Source: Saccostrea cucullata (taxonomy: Eukaryota). From it: a DNA stretch of 64,000 nucleotides. How positions within the stretch are numbered: position 1 is the first letter of the stretch; every line of letters starts with the position of its first letter. The stretch lies in the NCBI RefSeq assembly GCF_032062105.1, contig NW_026935574.1:434001-498000 (forward strand), written 5' to 3'. Positions 47,501-59,398 of this stretch are shown here, piece by piece. The notes under the pieces are model-generated. The model did not search any database. It was not told where the DNA came from and saw only the letters and a list, made by a program, of their open reading frames with translations. The position numbers and the translations under genes were made by a program.

Positions 47501-49802
47501 TGTATCGAATACTTGATGAAAACAAAACTACATTTTTTGTACATTTTACAATTAATACACCGGTATATACAGTAAAGAGGAATTATATTTCATTAAGAAG
47601 CATGGATAAAAAGTGCATGTAGAGAGTTGTGAAAGTAAATGTCCTACATTGTAAAGTGTGGCAGTATGTAGGTTAGCATAGTAGGCTTGGAGAATTGTTC
47701 AAAGTGTGATAGAAGGTTTATTAGGCTTGAACATATGTATGTATACAAAAAAACTTCCAATCAGAGAAGATGAAAATGTATGGAATAATGAACATATAAA
47801 TGTATACAAAAAACTTTTGATCATAGAAAATTAAAAAATGTATGTAATAATGAGCATATAAATGTATACAAAAATCTAAATAAAAATGTATGTGATGCCT
47901 TGAGATGCAAAAAGTTCTACAAATCATGCAATGCAGCTTTGTGAATGCTACAGAAATGTGCATTGAAAGGAGGCAAACTGCTTTTATTTTTTGCAATGCA
48001 AACAAAAAATCCTTATTTTGTATGAAGCAAAAATCCCTGGGTTTTTTGTACTAGACTAAGTGCATTTCAGAATGGACCCAGTTGTAAAATGATTTTTAAG
48101 ATAAATCTTGTGTGTGTAATTTTTGTGAACATTCTGGTGTGTTGTTGGGGTACCATGTGTGTTGTGGGGAGAGGTATTAATTCTCATTAGATGTAGTCCA
48201 GGTTTTTGTTAATCAACAGCTGATATTAAAAGCAAATCCTGTTATTTTTTTCAATTTTTGCATGTTAATTTCTGTTATAATTATGATTTACAGTTTTACA
48301 AATTAATTGCAGCTTTTAGTTTTGTTTCACTCTATTTGCTTGTAGACTTGACATAATATAACTATGCAGGTTATTGAATGATAGGTATTTTATAGATAAA
48401 GGAAGTCGTTCTGGGATGGAAAAGCGAGACATCTCCGCCAACAACTACTGCGATTTCTGTTTAGGAGACTCCGAGGAGAATAAAAAATCAAATCAGCCGG
48501 AGGAATTGGTGTCCTGTAGTGACTGTGGAAGATCAGGTATCATACAGCATTAAAACTGTTGGTTTAATACTGTTGGTGTTGAGAGAATTCAACTACGGGC
48601 GTGAGATTGACTTGTAGTTTCATTTATACTATATATGTATGTTCAAATAGCTTGATGTTTTTCTTCCTCAAGCTATGGGCTTGAAAATCTTTATTACACC
48701 AACACACATAATTATACAGGTTTTAAATCAAATCTTTTGATCAAAATGTCTTATTGGCATCATCTGTACTATTTTACAGGCCACCCCACCTGCCTGCAGT
48801 TTACAGCTAACATGATCATCTCAGTTAAGAAGTATCCCTGGCAGTGTATCGAGTGTAAATCATGTGGACTGTGTGGAACCTCAGATAATGACGTAAGGAT
48901 CTTAACACAAATAAGATCATTGTTAGGCAGACACAAGGAATTTTTCAAACTTAAATTTCATTATTGATATCCTTCTTAAAATAAGTTTATATACTTAAAA
49001 AGTTTATAGAAATGGATTTCCCAAATCAAAAGTAGCGAGAATTTGGAGAGGATTCTTAAATGATCTAATTCTGTAAAGGAAAAGTCTGTTCAAAAAAGAC
49101 AATAAGTTTATAATATAGAATCAGCTGTTATGTTTTAGCTTTTTTTTAGGACTAGCTTTTTTGTGTGTGAGGGTGTGTGTGTGTGTTTTTGTGACTGATT
49201 TTTAGAACCAGTTGCTATTTGATTTTAAGATCAGCTGTTATTTTGATGTTTATTTTTAGGATCAGCTGTTATTTTGATGTTTATTTGTAGGATCAGCTGT
49301 TATTTTGTCCCCCTCTGTCAGAACCGGGGAGGAACAACAAAAAACTCACTGTACTAATAAATACTTTCTACAAGTTACTGCATTGTTGTTAACCTTGTTG
49401 AATTGCAATTTTCTCCCACTATTTGAGTGCAAAAAGGGAGGCAACACACCAAACAATTATTGACTAGATTTTACATTGAAGTATAAAATAAAGCTGTGTA
49501 AATATATTAGAAACATAGTTACATTTATAGTTTAACATTAACAGATTAAATAAACAGTTGATTGATAAAAATAAATTCAATGTTATAAAATTAATACCTG
49601 TACTACAGCAAAATTAATTTTGTGGACAAAGTTTATAAAATGACACCCTACAAATTGTTAGCTTTACTTGGTTCTTTCTCTACAGGGATTCTCAATTTTT
49701 TTTATGTACATTTAAAACATTTATCTATTTACAGGGAATTGGAGTTGCCATTTGTGTATTGAGGAGTTCCATGGTGGGAAAAAGCCACAGGGAATGCAGT
49801 AA
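31049..49802 (+). CDS. DPF2: DPF/requiem/d4 family BAF subunit (Requiem_N, C2H2, double PHD); penultimate exon defective in this sequence
   Basis: Exons 31049-31092, 39442-39605 ([13 protein letters not shown]), 41509-41631 ([16 protein letters not shown]), 41857-42056, 42909-42993 (DKPYSCE), 44947-45075 ([17 protein letters not shown]), 46077-46118, 48396-48536 ([19 protein letters not shown]), 48780-48892 ([17 protein letters not shown]), damaged exon from 49291 (DQLLFC), 49735-49802 ([11 protein letters not shown]). Probably co-orthologous to DPF1/2/3. Confidence 0.9.
31606..31922. mobile_element. Nested MITE
   Basis: Inverted repeats TTTGGACTTTCAGTAGGGCGTG / CACGCCTTACTGAAAGTCCAAA. Confidence 0.65.
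31933..33189. mobile_element. Nested TIR element
   Basis: About 87-bp TIR CAGGTTGGGCACAC...CTACCAAATGG at both ends. Confidence 0.85.
34634..35175. mobile_element. Nested MITE with GTTCGCCC subterminal repeats
   Basis: Clusters of GTTCGCCC on the left and GGGCGAAC on the right. Confidence 0.6.
36254..37881 (+). mobile_element. Non-autonomous Helitron/Helentron-like (HINE/pearl-type) element with internal tandem repeats
   Basis: Starts TTTTTAGGTCACCTGAG hairpin, then CGT/GTCC microsatellite, 150-180 bp core repeats, ends CTCAGGTGACC...GGCCTCTTGTTT. Confidence 0.8.
37955..39152 (+). mobile_element. Second adjacent copy of the same HINE-like family
   Basis: Same termini and core repeats as 36254-37881. 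Confidence 0.8.
39554..39819 (+). repeat. 69-bp tandem repeat (4 copies) spanning DPF exon 2 donor
   Basis: Unit GTAGCACAGAGTCATACTTCACTGTGGCACCCCTATAAAGATAGACTACCAG|GTATGTACTGAACGGAG. Confidence 0.95.
39826..40108 (+). mobile_element. Second family of tRNA-LTR TRIM, internally deleted
   Basis: TGTAAG...ATTACA unit 39826-39958 with TAGCTCAATTGGTAG and GGTTCAATCC, then PBS-like AGGCGCCCA, then a partial second LTR ending GTTACA. No TSD visible. Confidence 0.6.
40206..41247. mobile_element. TIR element (MITE), TA-flanked
   Basis: TIR GGGTGAATTCACCATGCATCGGA at both ends, with internal repeats of CCATGCATCGGAC in both orientations. Confidence 0.85.
42262..42918 (+). repeat. 67-68 bp tandem repeat (about 10 copies) spanning DPF exon 5 acceptor
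   Basis: Unit ...GATTTGTAATCTTTATTTATGATGTCAG|GGGACAGGAC; the last copy is the true acceptor at 42908/42909. Confidence 0.95.
46750..47348 (+). mobile_element. HINE-like element with about 140-bp core repeats (3 copies)
   Basis: TTTTTATACCC..hairpin, GTCC/GTCT microsatellite, repeated CATGACCTTGACCCAAGGTCATTTGGGG, terminal palindrome before CTAGTTT. Confidence 0.7.
49118..49308 (+). repeat. About 31-bp repeats spanning DPF penultimate-exon acceptor
   Basis: GATGTTTATTTKTAG|GATCAGCTGTTATTTT repeated, more degenerate upstream. Confidence 0.8.
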
Positions 49803-50256
49803 AGCAAAGGAATCAATTCTCATTCACAATACATTTATAATCTGTGTGGAACACAATACATACATAGACCCTCATTTATTATCAGTGTCATAGACAATAC
49901 ATACACTGCCCGTCAATCAGTTACAGTGTATACAGTAAGTGTTCATGGACAATAAGTAATCGTGAACAGTAAGTGATCGTGGACATTACATCTAACACAG
50001 AATGAAAATGATAGAGTTTCAGAAACGTGTATATTGTCCATTTTGTGTTAAAGACTGTGAGTGAAAACTAGATGTACAGATGTAGATGTCAAGCAGCCAT
50101 GGTTTATTACAATTCATGGTTGGGCAAAAAAATTGTTAAAAATAACTTTGTCCAAATGTAGTGCTGTTGTCTGAATTCTTTGTGTTTATATTAATGTGCA
50201 ATTAAATAATAAGAAACCTGTACTGTTTAAATTTCATGAAGTGTAGGAAATAGGCA

Positions 50257-50478
50257 TACTGTAAACCAACGTTTATTCCCGACCACTTTATTTCATGATA
50301 TACTGGGGGTAAACTAGTTTGCGACGATAAATGTTCACTATCAAGCCTTTTTTTATCTATTTTTAATAGACAGAGAGACTTTAAGAACCGATTAGTGGTG
50401 AGAAATAATCAGGAATGATGTGGCTTTCGCGAATATCATGAAAATTTCTGGCAGGCGAATAAAAGTTGGTTTACAGTA
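50257..50478. mobile_element. TACTGT...ACAGTA MITE downstream of DPF stop
   Basis: TACTGTAAACCAACGTTTATTC / GAATAAAAGTTGGTTTACAGTA. Confidence 0.75.
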
Positions 50479-50599
50479 CAGCAGAAACATCATTGGGGAC
50501 ATTTTAGTGGCTGCATCATTGGGGACATATTAGTTGCTCTAGAATTATGATTCCCATGATTCAAACTTTTTAAATAAATTTGTGTATGCATTTACAGAA

Positions 50600-50932
50600 T
50601 GGTTTTAGTCATAGATACATGTTTATAAGCCTGGATGGCTCGGCAGATAGAACCAGGGATCCAGGGTTCACTTTCCACTCCAGCCATGCATATTTCCTTT
50701 CCTGCATCATAATTTGATGCCATTGACCACCCCTAGAGTTAGGCAAGTCCTGTCCGGGACAAATAAGTACAATGACACTGAGAGTAAAGTCAGTTTAAGG
50801 AGGGATGAATGTAATGGTTTTGGGCTATGACTATCAACCTAGGCAGCTTGGTTGAGCACTTAACATAGTGATGCAGGGGTCCTGGGTTTGATTCATAGTT
50901 TATCTGTACAATTTCTCCATTTACATGTTACA
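50600..50932 (+). mobile_element. Degenerate tRNA-LTR TRIM
   Basis: PBS-like TGATGCCATTGACC at about 50715, PPT AAGGAGGGATGAA at 50797-50809, LTR from TGT at 50810 to TTACA, with GGGTTTGATTC B box. Confidence 0.55.
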
Positions 50933-51129
50933 TGTATCACCAAAACTTGTAGTACGAGTTAGATTTACTTTATCATTGATAAAAGGAGTAAAATATAAAT
51001 AGAGTTGAGATCATATTTGCTGTACAGGTGGAGAAAATAAATTTGGAAATTACTTGATCAATATAGGTCAAGACTAATGAAATGACCATTTCAGATACAA
51101 TAAACAAGCATATTTTTAGCACAGTAAAG

Positions 51130-51325
51130 GTTTGATTGATTATATTAAACGTCCCTTTTGAGAATTTTTCACTTATATGGAGACGCCACCACTTCCTGGT
51201 GGAGAGCTGCAAATTTTGTCCTTTGCTCTGCACTTAGGGCATTGAGCAGGGAGGGATCTTTTCGTGCTCGCACTAACTGCGACACGGGACTTTGGTTTAT
51301 ACTGTCTCATCTCAAGGACCGGTCT
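51130..51325 (-). mobile_element. SINE 3' part, same family as 24760
   Basis: Reverse complement reads GATCCCTCCCTGCTCAATG...CTCCATATAAGTGAAAAATTCTC with (CAAT)n tail. Confidence 0.6.
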
Positions 51326-51892
51326 CCATGTCCCACAGTGAAGTGCAGTAAAGGTATTTTAACTATTTTAAAGAGAATATCTTCATGCCAAGGTGTTGAG
51401 AGGAAGACACCAATATCTTTTGAGCTTCATTCAGTGGTTAAAGTAAATTGGTTTACTATCTAAGTATAAAATCTCTTCATTAACATGCAGACTTGTATTG
51501 TTTTTACAAAATGACTCTTCCTAATTATGAAGACTTCAAAGACTAAAACTTTAAAGAAGGCATCTAAAAATCAATGTCCAAAGGTTTATATAAGTAAAAA
51601 TACCCAGTATATTGCAGTGCATTTTGTTGGACAAAACATTGTTTTAGCTTCATTGTGAAAGTCTGAAAACTGAGAGCAAGTTTATCTTTTTTTACATTTT
51701 GTAAAATAAGAGAAAAATAGTTTTAAACTTCAACAATTTATTCTGTAGCTATACAATTTCTCCATTTACATATATCACCAAAACTTGTAGTCCGAGTTAA
51801 ATTTACTTTATCATTGATAAAAGGAATAAAATATTAAACAGATTTACAAAATCTGCATATACAACATGAACACAATAAGGTAAGTCTGTTTC

Positions 51893-53098
51893 AACAAGAG
51901 GCCCAGAGGCCACATCGCTCAACTGAGCAAATCGGCTAGGAAAAACCACAAATCAGATCAGAACTGAAAGATTCACTGAAGGGGGGGGGGGGGAGCGCTT
52001 GAATTTTGATACTACTTGAGATTGCCTTCATATTACTACAGCATATGACTTTGCTGTTCCTGAAAAAAAGATTTTTTTAAACATTTTCTTCCTATATATA
52101 ACTTCATAATTATTTGAATTTGATTCCATGTTTCTCTGCCCTACCCCAAAGGGCCATGATTTGAATAAGTGCCAAATCTTCAATACATGAGGATGCTTTA
52201 ATCAATATGACTAAACATATAGCTTTTCTGTTCTTGGGATTTTTTCCTTTATTTTTCTATGTAAAACTTTCATCCACCATTGTGGCCACACCCTACCCTT
52301 AGTGATTATGATTTGAACAAATTTAATTCTACACTACCAGAAAATGCTTCCATATAAATACTAGTATTACTAATAATGGCTTTGCTATTCTTGAGAAGAT
52401 TTTTTTAATATATATTTTAATGTAAAACTTGGATCCCCCATTGTGGCCCACCCTATCCCTGGGGTTATGATTTCACCAAACTAGAATCTACACTACCTGA
52501 GGATGATTCCACATAAATATCACTAATCATGGCTTTGAAATACTTGAGAAGATGATTTTAAAAGATTTCCCTATCTAGTACTGTATAGAATTTACAGCCA
52601 TTTTGTCCCCCCCCCCCCCCCCGGTCTCCATGTCCCACAGTGAAGTGCATGTAACAAACTTGAATCTACACTACCTGAGGATGATTTCACATGAGAACAT
52701 CTTTCCTGGCCCAGTGTTGAGAGAAGATTTTAAAAGTTTTTCCCTATATACTCCTATGTAAAACTTTCAGCCAGTGGTTAAACAAACTTGAATCTACACT
52801 ACATGAGGATGCTTTCACATGAGTTTCATCTTTCCTGACCCAGTGGTTCCTGAGAAGAAGATTTTTATTCCCTATGACTTTTCCTATTATACTCCTATGT
52901 AAAACTTTCAATGTCCAAAGGCCATTGTGGCCCCAAAATACCCCCAGGGGTATGATTTGAACAAATTTGAATGTACACTACCTGAGGATGATTCCACATG
53001 AGTTTCATCTTTCCTGGCCCAGTGGTGAGAAGAAGATTTTTGAAAAATGCCAATAATTTTTCACTAATTCATAATTATCTTCCCTTGGAAGAGGGCGT

Positions 53099-53130
<32 letters not shown>

Positions 53131-53144
53131 CACCTAAGGATACT

Positions 53145-53193
<49 letters not shown>

Positions 53194-53225
53194 GAAAATG
53201 TGCATATACGACGACAACGAACACG

Positions 53226-53286
<61 letters not shown>
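51893..53286 (-). mobile_element. HINE-like element with satellite-type core repeats
   Basis: Plus strand AACAAGAGGCCC..GGCCACATCGCTCA to AGCTCACTTGAGCCTTCGGCTCAGGTGAGCTAAAAA, with internal repeats of about 165 bp. Confidence 0.8.
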
Positions 53287-53520
53287 GTAATACCGGTAAT
53301 ATATTTTTACGCTGACAACCTTTAATGGACCTGCCAACAGTAAATGTAAATTCCATGAACACAAGCTTTAAGTGGGCACTAGAAAATATGTACTTTTAAA
53401 ATGTATAACAAATACCAAAACAGAGCTTTTTCTACAGCCTACAAATAATAATTTTATAGTTCAGAAGTAACACCTTTCCTTGTCAATGTACCGTGTATAT
53501 GGGAATTCTGTAAACCTCTC

Positions 53521-56500
53521 TCACTGAATTTGTCTCTGTATGAAATCTTTTATCTCAGTGATGTGGATTTTCTCCTGCAAAGTATATTTAGTAGTTAGAT
53601 AATCAATCATTAGAAGCTATATGGTTCCGTAATTTCTGTCCACTCAGACCTACCTTCAGCGTACTGTCCCGATGCCTCACACCAATACAGGCCATGTCTA
53701 TTGTCGTGTCATCTATCACCACACTGAACGGAATCCCTAACTCATCATTCCTGTTTATGAAAAATAAGTTTGAGAGAAAAACAGTTGAACTTTTTTATAC
53801 CAAACACTGATATCTTGAATATCATGGATATAAAGTGATTTTTGTCCCAGTCTCATTTTCCTTTATGTATTTTAACCTAATACAGTAAAACTCGGTTATA
53901 ACGAACTCACCTGGACCTAAAAAATTATTTCGCTATATCAATTATTCGTTATATCTGTATAAGAAATTTGTTAAATTTATAAAGCTGGGGGTTCCAAGAT
54001 AACTTCGCTATAACTGTGAATTCGCAATATCCGTGTTCGTACTAAACGAGCTTTGCTGTAGTATTTTGAATCCTCAATATATCAATTTTTGTCACTCAGT
54101 CCCAATGATTCCATAATGAGCAGATTTGACTGTTTATTATGGACTAGCTGGGCATTGAGAATATGGAACAAATGTATAGCCTGTTTATTGGTGAACTACA
54201 ATGTACCTAATAAACTGGTCCTCTAGCGAGTCTGTACTGGAACTGACATCCAGAGAGAGGATGTTGGCATCGTGGATTTCCTTGGTGATGTGTCGGATGA
54301 CCTGTTTAAGAACTGGGTCACCGTTCTCAGTCACAGCAATAGACACATTGTACGGGGCAAAGGCAGGATGAAGCTGCAGAACCTAGGATAAGATGTTTAG
54401 TAATAGTTAAATTAACATCAATCCATTTGTGTTTTCATCAGTAGACACAGTGTATACAGGTAAATTTTACATGTAATGCCTTTTTATTTCCCCCCTTTTG
54501 CTCAGATTAACTTAAAAAGATGAAATTTTTTTTACCAAAGGTGCATATATACAATGTACAAGCATCCAAAACCATCCAAACAGACCAAAAATCTACCTTA
54601 GCACCTAGAAGCCAAATCTTTTGACCCCCTGACCCCTAAAACATTACTGCTATCTTACTGTTCTTGCTCCCTTGCCTTGGCTTTCAGAGTCCAGTGAGAA
54701 GGCCCTTTTCTCTGTGTAGGCATCCAGTATGTAAGCCAGCATGCCGCCCTCTAGGAACATATTGCTCTCAATCACTGAAGGCATGCACTGCTCCTGTCCA
54801 TTAGAGGGCTGGAAAATAATACAAAATACTGAATACAAACACAGAGTAGGCATGTGTAGGGTAAACTTGTACAGAGTACACATGTGCAGAGTATACTTGT
54901 AAAGCAAAACAGATACAGACTATACAGTAATAATAGTAAGAGAAGACATAAACTATTTAATAAAAGGAGCACATAAGAATGTCTATTTGAATAATTACTT
55001 TAAGAGTTTGGCTGGATGACATCAGTTCCTTGAGATCTGGATCTGACGAGGATTCCAGAAAACTGCTCCCGTGATTCCTAATGACCTCCACGGAATCCGG
55101 TCCCCACGGAAACTCGTACTCTATGTGTATAACATTCTCCTCATCCTTTGACACGTTCTCTGTAAAACTGGAGGGACTCCCTGCAAACTGACAGACAAAG
55201 GACACTGAGTACATGAGATGATAGCATGACAGTTAATGTACCCAGTATTTCCTGAAGTTTTAGTTGATTTACACGAAATCATCTATCAACAAAAAAAATT
55301 TCAAAAGTTTACAGAATGAATAAAGATTAATTGGAATAAGATGCTACATGTATCTATTCTTGATTCACCTTACGCCACCACATGAGACGAGAGGTCACCA
55401 GCTGGTCAAACTGTTTGACTGAGGATTGTGGTCTACAGAAACTGAAGGTCACAAGACTGGTCAGTTCTCTAGAGCTGTAAAGACAAACACTAAATGGTAT
55501 CATGGAGTCTAATTTTTAGATGAAATGATTAAACTGTACTCTAACAATCTGCAAAAAAAAAAAAAAAAGATGGAAACTGCAGATAATTGAAATTTTTCTC
55601 AGTCCAAGGGGCACAACTCTGTCAAAAATTGTTTGATCATACCCAAAACAGAACTTGACCAAGAAATTTTTATGATAAATTTGTATTCCAAATTTCATTT
55701 CAGTATGTGCAACCTCTGCAAAGAAATTGAACTGAAACTGTTGTTCGACTGAACGACATACAGCAGCAAAGCAATATGGGGGCATAGAAATAATACTCTC
55801 ACATGAACAAATGATCAGTGATATAACTATTATCAACAAGTAAAAATGTGGTAAAAATACTATATACAATGTAATTACCAATACTCACTCAAAGAGGAAA
55901 TGGTGAGGTTCTTTAACCGAGTGTTTGAAGCAGACTCCAGTGTGAGCCAGAGAGAAAGGGAGACCACTGTTGAACATTCTGTGTATGTCCCCAACATGAT
56001 CCAAACACTCTGTCAAAATATTACATTTCACATCAATAGCCTGAGATGACCTTTCTATCTTTTACAAAATAGATCTTTGGATTTACTAAAACAGGCTTAC
56101 CTTCTTGGAAACTTTCTCTCAGAGAATTATTTGACCTGAAATAAAAGAAATGGTACTGGTGAAAAACTATGGAGAATGTAGTGCTCTTAAATATCCATTT
56201 ACAATTGGCAAACAAATCACAGGTCAACATAATATTTGGAATGCTCTTTAGACTTCTTTGTGAACCAGCTGTTAACTTATAAATAATCTTTTGGATGCTC
56301 TGTTAAATGAGCTCTTTGTCAGTATTACCTAGTCTTTTTTTTCAATCAGCTGTTAAGTTAATTAAAACTTTTTAGGTGCTCTTTATTTGCCATGTTGGGT
56401 GTTCTGTGTCATGACAACCTATGAACTTTCAGATGCTTTTTCCTTGACCTTACCTGTCTGTTTTGAGGATTCCTCCCTCTACTGGGAAAACCCTCCAATC

Positions 56501-56841
56501 CTGCTTCACCACCACCCAGTCCCACCTACATAAAACAAAATGGCACAGATTTTTAAAAATATTATCAAGACCCTGTAAAGCATACTTTGATAGAAATATG
56601 TACTTACTCTCAATATATTATAGAAAAGAGGCCCACAGGCCTTAATGCTCACCTTGACCCTGCTGTTCTTCAAAATATTTGTCCTTACCTAGAGCCAGGG
56701 GACAAGCTTGGATCCACATAATCTGAGGATGCTTGTACATGTATATCAATAAGACTATAACCAAGACCATGTTGTTCTTTACAATGTTTACATGAAGATT
56801 CTTTTTAAAAAAAAATATTTTTCTTGTGTGGTCCCAGTGAT

Positions 56842-56881
<40 letters not shown>

Positions 56882-57810
56882 GCGTTGACCATTCTGTTCT
56901 TTACCAGATTTCCCCCTTGTTATACTTAATGCATCCCCACCCTACCCCACTGATCATAATTTAGACAATTTGAAATCTACACTACCCCATGATCCTTCCA
57001 TGGGCACATATGTTTCAGTTTTTTTGGCCCAGTGGTTCCTGAGAAGAAGATTTTTCCTATATATTTCTATGTAAAACTTTGATTCCCTATAATGGCCCCG
57101 CCCTTCCCCCGGGGGTCATGATTCCTACAATTTAGAATTTACACTACCCATGCTTCCACATAAGTTTCAGCTTTTCTGGCCCAGTGGTTCTTGAGAAGAA
57201 GATTTTCAAAGATTTTTCCTATATATTTCTATCTAAAACTTTGATTCCCCATTGTGGCCCCGCCCTTCCCCGGGGGGTCATTTTTTGAACAATTTAGAAT
57301 CTACATTATACCAGGATGCTTCCACATAAGTTTCAGCTTTTCTGGCCCAGTGGTTCTTGAGAAGAAGATTTTCAAAGATTTTTCCTATATATTTCTATGT
57401 AAAATTTTGATTCCCCATTGTGGCCTCCCCCTTCCCCCGGGGGTCATGATGTGAACAATTTAGAATCTACACTATACCAGGATGCTTCCACGTAAGTTTC
57501 AGCTTTTCTGGCCCAGTGGTTCTTGAGAAGAAGATTTTCAAAGATTTTTCCTATATATTTCTATATAAAACTTTATTCCCCATTGTTCCCCGGGGGGTCA
57601 TGATTTGAACAATTTAGAATCTACACTACCCCAAGATGCTTCCACATAAGATTCAGCTTTACTGGCCCAGTGGTTCTTGAGAAGAAGATTTTTTAATGAC
57701 CCAACCCTATTTTTGCCTTTTCTTGATTATCTCCCCTTGCGAGGGGATATGTCCCTTCATTTTAACAATTTTAATTTTCACCCAAGGATGCTTTGTATCA
57801 AGTTTGGTCA

Positions 57811-57847
<37 letters not shown>

Positions 57848-57909
57848 GTGAAAAGTTTACAGACGGACAGACAGACAGACGGACGGACAGACGGACGACG
57901 GACAAAATG

Positions 57910-57955
<46 letters not shown>

Positions 57956-58543
57956 TTGCATTATATATTTCTAGGTAAAACTTGGTACCCTTTTGCAGCA
58001 CCATCCTTTCTGCTGTGGCCATGATTTGGACAAACTGAAATTTGCACTAACTGTGGAAGCTAGCATATTATCACTGTAATTATGGTCCTGCTTTACTTGA
58101 AAAGAAAATTTGTGAACATAGTTTTCTATATTTCATTATAGATCAAACCTGAAGTTTAAAATGGGTCCCATCCTACCCCTAGGGGTCATGATTTGAAAGA
58201 AATTTTAACCAAACTATTGCAAAAGGAAGTCAGAATCAGAATCAGAATCAGAAAATTTTATTTTGAGTCGGATTTTTATAACAGAAACATAAGCTCTGTA
58301 GAGCTTTTGACCGACATTAAAGTAAGGTAAAGCATAGAAGTAAGGCTAGATTATTACTCCTCTGAATTGCCATCACTGATAATTAGCATACCATGTCTGT
58401 CTAATATTCCTCTTCAGTAATGTCCCAGCTGGTCCAAACTTATAGCTGCTCCCGCCCTGCTGCGCTGTCTTCTGAGATACAAATCCCCGGAGCTGTAGGA
58501 GGTTCCTCAGTTTTGTCCACTGTTCTGCCGTAACCCTGCCCAT
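53521..58543 (-). CDS. POLG2: DNA polymerase gamma accessory subunit, 383 aa
   Basis: 10 coding exons: 58543-58392 (FGPAGTLLKRNI), 56525-56454, 56135-56101, 56009-55889 (LPFSLAHTGVCF), 55474-55369 (RLMWWRK), 55187-54999 (FAGSPSSF..YEFPWG), 54808-54659, 54382-54207 (VLQLHPAFAP), 53750-53654 (DELGIPF..RHRDSTLK), 53574-53521 (TGA). They sum to 1152 nt. A 5'UTR exon probably lies near 59250-59330. Confidence 0.92.
53881..54060. mobile_element. Tc1/pogo-type MITE
   Basis: TACAGTAAAACTCGGTTATAACGAAC / GTTCGTACTAAACGAGCTTTGCTGTA. Confidence 0.65.
56864..57955 (-). mobile_element. HINE-like element with about 167-bp core repeats, in a POLG2 intron
   Basis: Subterminal inverted repeat GCTCACCTGAG/CTCAGGTGAGC, GACA/GACG microsatellite at 57860-57903, about 5 homogeneous core units. 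Confidence 0.85.
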
Positions 58544-58662
58544 CTGATTAGTGGTTACCTCATATAAAATATGTCAGCCAAGGAGTATATCATCATCTAT
58601 AGGAGAATATGCAATGTTGTTATCATAGTTATATGGTACAGATTTTATCCCATTCAACTATA

Positions 58663-58780
58663 TGTTACAGGAGGTGAAAAATCTAATCTTAACCGAGACT
58701 CGGACCCAGGGCCTCTGGCTTACTGTGCTAGCGCTCTAACTGAGCTATTGAGACCCGAAACATTGACTGCATGACTCACA
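58663..58780 (-). mobile_element. Solo tRNA-like LTR
   Basis: Minus strand TGTGAG...TAGCTCAGTTAGAGC...GGGTCCGAGTCTC...GTAACA, 118 bp. No TSD visible. Confidence 0.55.
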
Positions 58781-59239
58781 TCTGTGAACCTGATGACAGA
58801 TGATTTAACTCACTCACAGTAAAACTATACAAACTGTATTATTACTTTATTACATTTAGTGAATATTTTTAATTTTATAACCAAACACAACCATATATTT
58901 ACAAAGTCTTTAAAAACATGACATTAGCTAGATTCCTATCTGACATTAGATTTAGATTAAATTAAGCTTTGCAAATTGTGTGCAATGCCTCTATGCATTT
59001 TTTCACTGCGTGGCACTGTAGCTTTTCGGTCAGATTTTTTTTCTTGGAGATCTACAGTTCGAGATCGCAGCCATTCAGCAATGCTCAGTCCTCAGTCTGC
59101 ACTGTGGACTGTGCATGCTTTCTGTGCATCCTATTTTCTTCAGGTAAATCTCCAAGCTACATGGCATCAAAATGGTATGTTATCAAAGTATTTCCCCCCC
59201 AAAATCATCCTGATGAGTTTCTCATAACTGTCATATTAA

Positions 59240-59398
59240 GTGACTTACACTTGTTACATGATGCGGGATCGGCAATCATTTGCGGCAAGCAACTTCGGAT
59301 CTTTTAAGCACGTGCTTCCGGTGGCAAGGGAGGTAAACGCATTGTTGTCAAATGGTAGTGTCAAACGAACGACGATGTTTATTTTATAGAACTGAAAG
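59240..59398. promoter_or_regulatory. Probable bidirectional promoter POLG2/DAGLB
   Basis: Head-to-head genes, local CpG enrichment, E-box plus ETS CACGTGCTTCCGG at 59309-59321, minus-strand donor GTAAGTCA at about 59241-59248. Confidence 0.55.

Noticed and set aside
58969-59307. 112-aa ORF between POLG2 and DAGLB
   Set aside because: No recognisable similarity or splice context; likely promoter, UTR or intron sequence.
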